A stretch of DNA of 64,000 nt from Penicillus capitatus (lineage: Eukaryota; Plantae; Chlorophyta), in the NCBI GenBank assembly GCA_965649825.1, contig OZ287707.1:550292-614291 (forward strand). The letters run 5' to 3'. Of this stretch, positions 10,306 to 21,081 are shown one piece after another. The notes below the pieces were generated by a model. It was not told the DNA's origin. It worked only from the letters and a program-made list of their open reading frames with translations, and made no database searches. Each line of letters starts with the position of its first letter. Position 1 is the first letter of the stretch. The translations under genes and the position numbers were made by a program.

Positions 10306-13084
10306 ATGACTCGATCACGAGCACTGACCCAGAGCCTATGGCTCCTGAGGAGGTATGGCGAAAGCAGTCTGCGCCGAACCGAGTTTCCTTTTGTATTCCT
10401 TGGATCCCAACACACAGCTCATAATGGCGGGGATCTTGACACACAGTCGTCTGGAGCTATCGTCAATCAACGTCCTTCGCAGATGCGTTCTCTGGGAGGA
10501 TACTTCTTTCATCGCGGCAGAGTGTTGTTTGATTATCCTTGCACGACTCTTTTCTTCTCGAGACGCATCTCATACGACACCTCGAGAGTGATCTTAGGAT
10601 TTCGCACATTCTCAGCCCAGCCGCTACCTGCCAAGACGTCCGAAGAACAGAAAACGGATCCGGTGCATGAGTTTCCTACAGGCGGGTCTGCAGAGACGGG
10701 CAGGATGGTCTCTGCCTCGGCAACAGACGTGGACAAAGCGTTAGAAGACTATGACAAGGTCTTGGATCAACATCGGAAATACTACGCATCCAGATACGAC
10801 TCGACACCGTATGTGATGTGGAGCTACCTCCGTGGGGCATTGAAAATCTTTCCAATGATGTGGCGATTGACAATCTCCTTGCCTGGGATGCTGTGGAGAG
10901 CGACATTCTCCCCGTGGTCTGCCAAGAAGGAATGGTCGGTCCAACAATGGAAACACATGAAGGATGGAACGAAGCATTACTGGGTGACAATCGAGCACTC
11001 TCGGATTGATCAGCGAGCATTTGCTGCTGTTAGGTTGGGACGAAGCTCCTAGCAATGGATATTCGAGTAGCTTCTCGTCTGGTCCTCAAAGTGCTGAAAG
11101 GCAAATCGCTGAGCCGGTACGTGGCAATGCCCTGAAACGGGGCTCTAGTTTTATGTCGTCAGGCGGGAGAAACGACAGTTGTCGAGAACGGTGGCAGATT
11201 TGTTTCGTATGGTTCCGATGATCATTTTCTTCGTAAGCCGATGTCCGTTGCCGGAAGTGTGATACTGATGTGATCTCCTGCAGCTCATCCCATTCATGGA
11301 GTTCTTGCTTCCCGCCGCCATTGCTTTGTTCCCCAATATGTTGCCGTCCACCTTCGAAGACAAGCTGAAGAAAGAGGAGCACCTCAAAAAGAGGCTCACA
11401 ATAAAGTTGGAGGTGGCACAGTTCTTGCAGGACACTGTAGCCGTGATGGCGGATGACCTGAAGCAAAAAGCGACGGGCGAAAACACAGCATCAGCAGCAG
11501 AGCTCTATCAGTTTATGAAAGATGTTCGTTCTTCTGTCTCCCACAACAGCAGACAGGCGTCCTGTGATAGATTCGACGTGGTGTGGCTGTACACAATGAA
11601 GATATCATTCGTTTCGCACAGCTCTTCAATGATGAATTCACATTGGACAACCTCGATCGTGTTCATCTGACAAGTCTCTGTCATGTAAGCAGACAGAACA
11701 CTGACACAGTCTGTTCATGATGATGGTATGGTGCACAGTTGGTTGGTCTGTCGCCTTTCGGCACAGACAATTTCCTTCGGACGCGGCTACGTGCTCATCT
11801 TGGAGCTTTGAAGCGAGATGATCGGCTTATCCGTGAAGAAGGACTCGAAACTATGACAACGGATGAACTGAGACAGGCGTGCAGGGCTCGTGCCATGCGT
11901 GCACTGTTTGGAGAAGGTGCACATGAGATCATGAAGCAGAGAATGGATGACTGGCTCGAACTCAGTCTGGACAGGTTTAGCCTATTTCGATGTGACATGC
12001 TGCAGATCACATGAGTGTAGGAATCTGCCATCGTCTTTGCTGCTGCTCTCTCGAGCGTTTACCGTCACGCAGCCGGTGCAAGACAAGAAAACAGTGGATC
12101 TGACCAACCTCGCACACACATTGTCGACTCTACCTGACGAAGCTGTCGAGGATGTGGAGTTAGAAGTGCTTGGAGATGCCACGCAGTTGGAGAATGCAAA
12201 AATGCTTGAAGTCATTCGCCGGCAGGAAGAACGTATAAAAGAAGAAGAGAGCGAGATGGCAGAGACAGAACAGCAGCAGGTTCATACCGAGGCGATGACA
12301 AAGGACTCCGCACAGGACATGGCAGCCACGGCAACTGCCGCCGCCGTTGTGCAGGCCGCCGAGGCACAGATGCTAAAGGATGCCTTCCAAGCCGACACAG
12401 AAGAGAGTGCCGAGGAGATCAGTGCCAAGATCGCACAGCATCGAGAGCAGAAGCTCAAAAAGGTACGTCAATCACGCCGACGACCCAGATCGCAACGAGG
12501 CCATAGGTTTTGAATGCACTGGCTGTGCTGACATCATCATCCGGTGTTTCAAACGAGCGATCGAAGTTTATGGAACTCGTTCAGAAAGAGATCGATCGCA
12601 TTCAGGGAGAAATGACTCAGAAGGGTGGCGCCAGTTTACGCTTCAGCAGTCGAGGATTGGAAGCTTGGCGACCATCCGATGCGCCCGAACTGCCACAAGA
12701 GAACGTCTCTGCTCGATTGCAAGATCGTGTGGCAACGCTCATGCACAAAATCGAAGCAGACATGGACAAAGTCGACGACCAGATTGGAGCCAAAATGCAT
12801 ATCTGTGATCTAGATGGAGACGGCATGGTACGTCTCGCTCTTTCTTGTATCGTCCCGCGCGTTTAGCAAAATTTCTTTAGATCTCTCTGGATGAATTGCA
12901 AACTGCTCTGGGCTATCTCAAAGAGCAATTGGGTGAGCCAGAATTGCAGCTGTTGCTTGAGGAGCTCTGCAAAGCGGCGCAGAAAGATTCAGGAATCGAT
13001 GTGAAAGAACTCATGGAGCTCGCCAATAAGAGATTCGATCCGACGTCGAGTCTCTTACAGCGACAAGACGCTCGTTCATCTTAA
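10306..13084 (+). CDS. LETM1: mitochondrial LETM1/MDM38-like protein with a C-terminal EF-hand
   Basis: KHYW|[72 protein letters not shown]|ISLDEL. The start codon is uncertain. Confidence 0.92.
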
Positions 13085-13139
13085 ATGACCTTGACGGCCG
13101 AACGTACACACTGTGCCACCCTTATAAACGCGGCGCACA

Positions 13140-15322
13140 ATGCAGAACACGACTGGACGTACACGACGCCAGACTCGGCAAAGCGCAGCGGCCCAGGCAG
13201 CTTCGACTCCTGAACAGAGCGGTTCGAAAAACGCCGGCTTACCTTCACCGCACGGACGGAGAAACGTACCAGGTGCTGGTATCAGCTATCCTCCAGGTGC
13301 TACGTCCAACAGGACGCCACCGACGACGCGTGTCACGCGACGCAGCGCAGCAAGGGGAGGGGTCGCTCCAGAACAGGATGTCGCCGTGAATCGACAGCAG
13401 GCCGAAAAAGGACGAATCGCCACCTTTCACAAGGCTGTGCAGATTCTCTTACAAACTAACCAGCTCATGCGCGACGAAGCAGAGCGGCTCATCAATGGAT
13501 CCGTCAACATCGAGGCACAAACGCTGCTCTGTGTGATCGTCGGAACGCACACGGAACGCATTCGTAGGCTGGCAAGCTCATGACGTACCTGGAAGACAAT
13601 GTCGGAAAAGAGCGCTTGAAGAGAGCTGCCCTAGCACAAGTGGGAAACACCCAAGCGAATCAGCAACTTCAGAATCAACAGTGAGTGTCATCGCAAGGTG
13701 TGATATGCCCAATTCATAGAACCTTTGTGTTAGGAGGGCACAGACGGCTGTCATGCAGCAAACGGCGTTGACAAATGCAGGCGGTGTTGCTCGACCGGCT
13801 GCTTACTCGATGCAAGTAAGGTCGATGTCGTTGTCGAGGCGAAGCTCAAAGTGTGATGGATGGTAGAGACTGATGGGACAGTTTGGAATGCCGCCGGCAC
13901 AGATGGGAGGGTCGGTTTTGGCCCAACCGACCGTCCGTCCTCTGTCCTACGGTCAAGGTCAACATTCAATTCCCTTATTCTCCCGGGAGAATGCGATCTC
14001 TTGCTTCAGGATTACCGCAGCAGTTAAATCAGAGACCAGGCCAACAAGCTTTCCCGCAAGATGCATTGGGATATCCTATCAGTCAGCGCACGATTCCCGG
14101 ATCGCCAAATCTTTCTGCCGTCTGTGCCAGAATGTCAGGTTCGCAGACACGGGTCAGCGGTGAAGTGGCGAAGACATTGATGCCACCAAGAACAGATGGT
14201 CAGATGCTGTCCTATACACCTGGGGGATATTTTGCTGTATCTGGGCCTCAAATGCCAAGACCTGTCGGCATGCCTCTCGAATACAGTCGCCCGCAGCTTA
14301 CTAACGAAAGCAGAATAGCTGCAGATGCCGTCTCCATCAAGAGAACAGCCATGGCACCCATAGAAAACCCAGTTACCAAAGCAGCACGAAACAAAAGGGC
14401 AAAACGACCTGTAGAAGATCCCAGTGCTCCAGATGTCGGAGATATGGATGTCGTGACAGAAGCCGACATTCAGTTGGCAGAAGAGCAAGAGGCATTGCTG
14501 ACGGATGTTCCTTCCCAGGGCGTCTCAAATGCAGAAGGCCAACTCATCGAGAGCAAGATCCTGAACGTGCAGGCTGTTCAGCTAAGATTCCAGCAGCTTC
14601 TGAGAGAACGGGGAATGAATCTGTCAGGGCCAGATGCTGTCGATGTGCTGATGCAAGGGATGGAAGAAAAGTTTGAAGATTTCCTCATGAAGGCCACCAA
14701 GCGTGCCATCCATCGCATCGAAACGGGACACGTCAATGACGACAGCGAAACAAAGAAAGTGACGTCCGACGTGCGAACCAAGCTCCGAGAGATCAAGAAA
14801 AAACAAGAACAGAACAAAGCCGACAAGCTCAAAGAAGAGAGGGAGAAGCTCGAGCAGTTGGCAGAGACTGCTTCGAAGAAAGAACTGGCCAGTAATAAAG
14901 AACTGGCGGCAAAGGTTGAGAAGGTCAAGCGCGAAAAACAGTTCAATGCTGAAGCGGAGGCGGCCAACCGAGCACTCAGCAATGCTTTGGGCGGTTTTGG
15001 ATTTGAGAAGTATCGCAAGATGAAGAAGGACAAGGAGGCAAAGGAAGCAGCAGAGCGATCTAAAGCATTGGCACGACCGGCAGCGCTCCCAACAACGACG
15101 CCTCCTCCACTCTCTTCCATTCCTACTGGACTGCCGCCGTTACCCAATCAACCTCCATCCCAACCAAAACCCAGTCCAAGTCCTGCTCTCAAACCGTCAA
15201 CGCCTGAGGAGAAGCGTCCAATCGTGCTGCATGTGAAGGATCTGATCTCCGTTATGGAACAGGACAGGCACTACAGCTTTTCGCCGACACTGTATGGACT
15301 GCATCTCTCGTCGACGATGTAA
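13140..15322 (+). CDS. TAF4: TFIID subunit TAF4-like (RST-like region + TAF4 histone-fold region)
   Basis: LMTYLEDNVGKERLK, then LNVQAVQLRFQQLL...MQGMEEKFEDFL...IHR, ANRALSNALGG, and a C-terminal VKDLISVMEQD. Confidence 0.75.
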
Positions 15323-15329
15323 CAATAAA
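15318..15329 (+). terminator. putative polyadenylation signal (TGTAA overlapping the TAF4 stop, followed by AATAAA)
   Basis: The sequence reads ATGTAACAATAAA. TGTAA is the known chlorophyte poly(A) signal. TGTAA also follows other stops (5982-5986, 9312-9316). Confidence 0.45.
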
Positions 15330-15390
15330 GGCTACGCTATACCTAACCCAGCCCACGCTGAGGGAGGGGTCACATCAATTGGAGCTCGAA

Positions 15391-16355
15391 ATGCGATTAC
15401 GCGTTGTGCAAACGCAGGGCGTCTCACAAAAGCGGGGGCTCTGCAGACGTACTGTCCCGAGAAAAAGAATGGCGACCGGTGCAAAAGTTGAAGCAAGGCA
15501 ACAGATGATGGTCAGCAGATGACAGGGATCTGTGGAAGGAGGGATTGGTTCTTGTTTGGCGTAGATACATGTGCCCCCTCACCCTTTGGTGAAACATTGG
15601 ATGGCGATAGCGCGCAACTCCTTGACGCCATCCTCTATGTTTCGAGGCGCCGTGGCGGAACTGGGCCGGATATTGCTGTACGAAGCCGCACGGGATTTTC
15701 TGCCAGTAGTGGAGGCGGTGGTAAGCACGCCATTCGCGGAAACGTCCGTTAGCTATATCGACCCGACGAAGCCTGTCAAAGTGACCACACTCCGAGTGTC
15801 TCTCCGACTGACCTGTGATGGGACGTCTGTAGTTAGTGCCCATCTTAAGAGCGGGTCTCGTTCTGTGCGAACATGCAGATTCGGTCATCCCTGCAAACGA
15901 GACTTACCACATAGGCGTCCAGAGAGACGAATCCACGCTAAAGGTCTGTCGATATCTGCAGAGCACATAAAAAGACATTGCTGCGTGTAGCCACGTCTCT
16001 ACTATACGCGGCTACCGTCATCTTTCTCCCCTGATGATCTTATCATCGTCACAGACGTCATGCTTGCAACAGGTTGCACAATTCTGTTCTCTGTGTGAGA
16101 GCAAGTGAGTGATCGCTATCAGGCGGCTCGATGATGTTTGTATTGGACGAGATTACGCGTCGTGGCGGCTTAGCAAAGAATATTCGCGTTGTCTGTGCCG
16201 TGGCAGCCCCTCCTGCTCTAAAGAAAATGTCGGAGAGTTACCCTGATATCCATGTCTATGCGGGCATCATTGATGCCGAGTTGAACGAGAAAGGATACAT
16301 CGTTCCCGGTTTAGGAGATGCCGGAGATCGTGCCTTCGGTACTCTGCGTCCTTGA
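15391..16355 (+). CDS. UPP: uracil phosphoribosyltransferase, probably plastid-targeted
   Basis: PPHPLVKHWMAIARN, ELGRILLYEA, GIIDAELNEKGYIVPGLGDAGDRAFG. The upstream exon looks like a transit peptide. Confidence 0.92.
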
Positions 16356-16414
16356 AATGCTAAACATGTTGTTATCTTTTCAGAGAATCAAAGAAACGAA
16401 AAAACTTGTCCCCG

Positions 16415-18294
16415 TCAGTGAGCACTTGGGTGTATATATGCAAGTATAACGCCTTGATTATTATCATCAATCTCTGCGCACAGTCCATCACTCTTCAGGA
16501 ATTCCAAAACAGCTGGACGCAAGACAGGAATATTATCTACACTATTTATGCCCTTTCCTGTAATAATCTTCAATCGATACATAGTCTTTACGTCTTCTAC
16601 GAAAGACTTCAGTCCATTAGTGACTTTCTTCAACCGCGATATGGCTTCCTGAAGGTGGAGATGATGCAGATCGATGGTGTGGGTGTTCACTCTTCCCAAG
16701 TTGCTGGCTTCAAAAGCCAACCGCTCTGCCTTGTCTGTGTGTTCTCTGTGCAAGAGTATAGCTTCAGTTGATACACGATTGTATTCATCCCCCATTTCAC
16801 GGTGCCCTTCACGATAAGCAGCCCTCGCTTTCTCCAAGTACTCTTCACCCCTCTTCTGTTCCTTCCACGACGCCTGACGATGTTTCTCACTTTCAATCCT
16901 TAAACGCAAACAGAGCTTTGCTGTCAGAAAGCGCAGAGGACACGAAAAAGAGACAATCCAAACCTTAGCTCTGCCTGCTGTTTTTTGAAGTCTTGCTGAT
17001 GCTGCCTTTGATCGATGGGGGATCGTGAACTGGAAATCTCGAGCGACCGCTGTGAGGTCTTACCTCCCACGTGTAGTACCTTATGTTCCAATTCACGTTC
17101 GTCTGAAAGATGCAACATCCCACGGCACGCTGAAGCCGATTCAGTCTTCTCTATCTCTGGGCGTCGTTCAACAGCAGATTTATGATGCATTGAATTCTGA
17201 TTGTGACAGTGATCCCGGAAGACAGGAGCGTCGTGTCTGGAAGAAAAGCTGTCTTGTGCAAGTAGTCGTTGAATCTCGTCGCTTGGTCTTGCATCTGAGG
17301 ACAACTCTTCCAAGGGACTCGGTTGGGATGTGAGATCAAGTCCAACATCATCCTCATCAACCGTCTCTTCGATTTCGTTTTGCTCGGCAAATTTCCTTAA
17401 GGCACTCAATTCGATACCAGTCTCGACGTAGAATTCCTCGTCTGAGAACAGAATCTTGCCATTGTCCATCTTTATTCCCACAACGCCTTCCAATGGAATG
17501 GGAAACACCCATTTCTCAAAGCTTCCTTTGCCTTTCATTGCTGCAATGTCTTTCTTCAGCACCCGTTCAGCAAATGAGATCGTCACGTGTGGATGTGCCT
17601 TGTGAGAACAGAGTTCGTGAGGACCCTTCAAAGCAACCTGCTGGGCGACGACGCCACATTTCTCTCCATAAGCCAACAGCTTCACCGTTTTTCCGAGAGG
17701 GATCTTTAAAAGAGCTGCGGCACTTGGGTGGTGCATCAAACTCATGTGATCCGCCGAGACTCGGCTCAGTTTGGGAGTGCATTTCTCCAACAGGGCCTCC
17801 TTGCTTGCTCGATTCAGATACACAGCAGCAGAGGATACGCGCCAGGTTGGGATCTGTTCTAACAGCTCTTCTTTTGTTTTACACGGTAGTTGAGGTTTGG
17901 TCAACGGTCCCTTCTTCTTTTCTATGGGATGCGTCTGCATGTCGACGGGCGTTTCTGGCGGTGGAAACCATTTTCGCGAAGGTTTTTCGAGTTCGCCCCA
18001 CGAGGCCGTTGCATCTTCATAAAGCTTCATGACGTCCATCACTTCTTGTATATGAGATGACGCAGAGCCGTCAAGACGCAAGAGTCTATCCACGAAGGTA
18101 CCGTTGTCTTGACTTGACTTTTCGGTGGACGGCGGGCCATCAGACGAAAAGAAACGCCACAAATCATTTGGTTGAGGAGAAGGAAGTCGCTTTCGCATAG
18201 CGCACGGACGCGGATGCGATAGAGAGGACGACGGAGTCGGAAAAAGTCGATTCCATTCGGTAAACTCCACGTCTTCAGCAACGCACCGAAACAT
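16415..18294 (-). CDS. 2H phosphoesterase + DUF1771 + Smr domain fusion protein
   Basis: The N-terminal half has two HxS/T motifs (DHMSL, PHVTI). The C-terminal exon has YLEKARAAYREG...AFEASN (DUF1771-like) and TIDLHHL...IITGKGINS...LRPAVLEFL...NQG (Smr). A 65-nt GT-AG intron joins them in frame (ELR|IESEK). The start is uncertain. Confidence 0.75.
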
Positions 18295-19196
18295 TCAATT
18301 CGACAAAGATAAAAACAGCGTTTCATTCAATGCCGTCCATATCATTTATACTGGCTGGCAACGCTGCCTGTCTTTTCAATGAGTGGACACGAACGAACGG
18401 ACGCTGCACGCGAAGAGAGATCGCCACGCCGACACCGCGAACGCATGACGTCAGTAAAAGCCTGCATCTGTTCTGTTAGCCTGAAAAGGGACACAGATCA
18501 CGAAGAGATGGATCGATGCACATCCATAGTGGAGGAGAGACTTCAGCATGAGGATTTGCGTGGCGTGGGGGTCCTGTGGGACGGTCGAAGGATTGAGGGA
18601 TGCATAGACAGATGCTACCGTTGCATGAATGCGACGCAGATCGCCCTGATCACACGGCCACGGAGAAGACCATTGTGAAATACAGCGGACATACATGTAC
18701 ATCATCACAGATACTTCGCACATTTGTTATCGCGGGGGGAATACCCTTCATGCCCAATCTCCACGGCATGTGCATCACAGTCCTGAAAGAACAAGCCTCC
18801 GTCGCTCACGAGGCATAGATATTCACAGAAGTGAACCGATATGTATGCGACTGTGCATTCGAGTAGGAATGCGTGTGCGTTTGTTCTTTCACAAAAGTGG
18901 GACCCTGATGGATGACGGTCTTCCAGGTGGAGGGCACCGTGATGTGGGAGGGATAGGTGATGCGAGGACACACATTGTCATCCGCTTTCTTGCGTCGCAG
19001 ATGCCATCCTGCGCGATGCCATGTCTATGTACAAAGTGAAGGCGCATGCGTTGGGTGGCGGACGGCGCATGGACCATGGATTCACGTGTCCGTCTCTGCT
19101 TCATCGTGGTATGATCGTCGCCTGCATTCTTTTCATTTTGGACAGTGACTGAAGCATTGTGATTGTTTCTCCGTGCGCATTGTTGTTTTCTGCCGA

Positions 19197-19655
19197 ATGT
19201 CGAGCGAATTGCCTCGTCGTATTATTAAAGAGACGCAGCGTCTGCTGCAGGACCCTCCTCCTGGTATCACGATCTCGCCTGACGAACAGAACCAGCGTTA
19301 CTTTTCGGTCATTATCGAAGGACCGGCACAGTCACCTTATGAATGCGGTATTTTCAAACTGGAGCTGTTTTTGCCGGAAGAGTATCCAATGTCGGCGCCC
19401 AAAGTGCGTTTCTTAACGAAAATCTATCACCCCAATATCGACAAACTCGGACGCATCTGCCTGGATGTTCTAAAAGACAAGTGGTCGCCAGCATTACAGA
19501 TAGGCACTGTTCTGATCAGCATCCAGGCGTTATTGAGTGCACCCAACCCAGAAGACCCATTGGCAGACGAAGTGGCGAAGGAGTGGAAGGAGAATGAAGC
19601 CAGAGCCATTCAGACAGCTCAGGAATGGACACAGCTGTATGCGCAAGATGTTTAA
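19197..19655 (+). CDS. UBC13: E2 ubiquitin-conjugating enzyme UBC13/UBE2N (K63 chains)
   Basis: [50 protein letters not shown]. Intronless. Confidence 0.93.
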   Translation: MSSELPRRIIKETQRLLQDPPPGITISPDEQNQRYFSVIIEGPAQSPYECGIFKLELFLPEEYPMSAPKVRFLTKIYHPNIDKLGRICLDVLKDKWSPALQIGTVLISIQALLSAPNPEDPLADEVAKEWKENEARAIQTAQEWTQLYAQDV

Positions 19656-19695
19656 CAGCAGTCATTGAGTGATTGATGATGATGTGACTGTTTGT

Positions 19696-21029
19696 TTAAC
19701 AAGCATTCTCAGTCGTGGAACGTTCCACCTTAATCAGACGGACCGAATCATTGCAGTCCACCAAATTTATGTGCAGACGCCAGGATTGGCCCATGGGCAT
19801 GTTATTGATGTTTTGCACATGACCGGACGGCAATACTTTAATGCACAGTGACGTTTCATCTGTTTCACAATCCAAATCCATCTCGATCCGACGCCCCTCG
19901 TGCAGAACATTCGGCGGAATGGTGCAGGTGGTTGCCTCTTGGCGTTCACCCGCCTTCCAGAGACCACCTGTTAATGCAAGAGTGAGAAAAGAGTGAGAGA
20001 CATATGTACAGGCAGATGCCTTTGTCTGCCCATCCGTAGGCTGTGGGGTTGCCATTGATACTGGAATCACTGATCGACTTCTGCGAGGACCTCTCTTCGC
20101 TCATGACACCGAAGAACATCCACGGATTATGCAGCTTCTCTATCTCGAGTTCGAAATGAACTCTCTCATTCTGATAGACATCCTCACCTATGACAGACAG
20201 ACACTCTTCTCACTCTCCCCGCCACACATCCATCAACGTTACTCAAAACGTATCCCATTCCGGACGACGTATTGGTGGCAACCACACCGTCTGTTGATAT
20301 GACGATGAACGGACTTCTGAGAGACGTACTAAAGCAGGACATGCCTGGCAAAGAACCTACACTTTGTTGCAAACGGATGAGGAGATGCCGTATCTTACGC
20401 GTGTAGATGGATGCCTCCACTTCCAAGAATTTTAACATCAGCTTGAACTGGGGCATCTGTTTTTCGTCCACATCAGGAAATGGAATGTGATCACTGCCAG
20501 CCAGTCTTCGATTTGTCAGATAGTCCAAGAGTTTCCTGAACAGGAATGGGGAGACATCCATGAAGATGTGGCCCTTTTCATCTTTCGGTAGTTTCTCTTT
20601 CCATCTGCCATTAAACATATAAGCCAATCGTGTTTCAGGAAACTGCCGACACCCACATGTCCCATCACAAATGCATGAGAAGGAGAGTGAGACATGACTT
20701 GAATCAGTGTACTGCGCAATGTACAGAAAATCTCTCCTTGGACATTTATGGTGACGATGTCTTCGTTCGTCACAGGAATTTTTGCCATAGCTGCTTTCTC
20801 TTTCTCAAGAGCTGCAAGTTTGCGCTCAAATCTGGAAGAACGCCGATTATTCAAACTGTTGGGAGTAGAGCGACGGTTGTGACTCGCGCCGTGCTTCGTC
20901 CAATTCGGCTTTTATCTGGCGGACGCCTTCGCTTTCGGCCTTTAGTGCCGCCTCTTGTTTGTAGACCTCTTCTTCGCGTTTCTTGACTTCGTCGAAGTTC
21001 TGTTTGATCTTGTCAAAGATATCATCCAT
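19696..21029 (-). CDS. coiled-coil + BTB/POZ (KCTD-type) + SPRY-like beta domain protein
   Basis: IVTINVQGEIFCTLRSTL, MFNGRW, IFMDVSPFLFRKLLDYL. The C-terminus includes GRRIEMDLD and WRLHINL. Confidence 0.7.
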
Positions 21030-21081
21030 GGCAGACGCGAAAACAATGAGTCGTTTAAGAAGTCATTCATGCAAGATGCGA

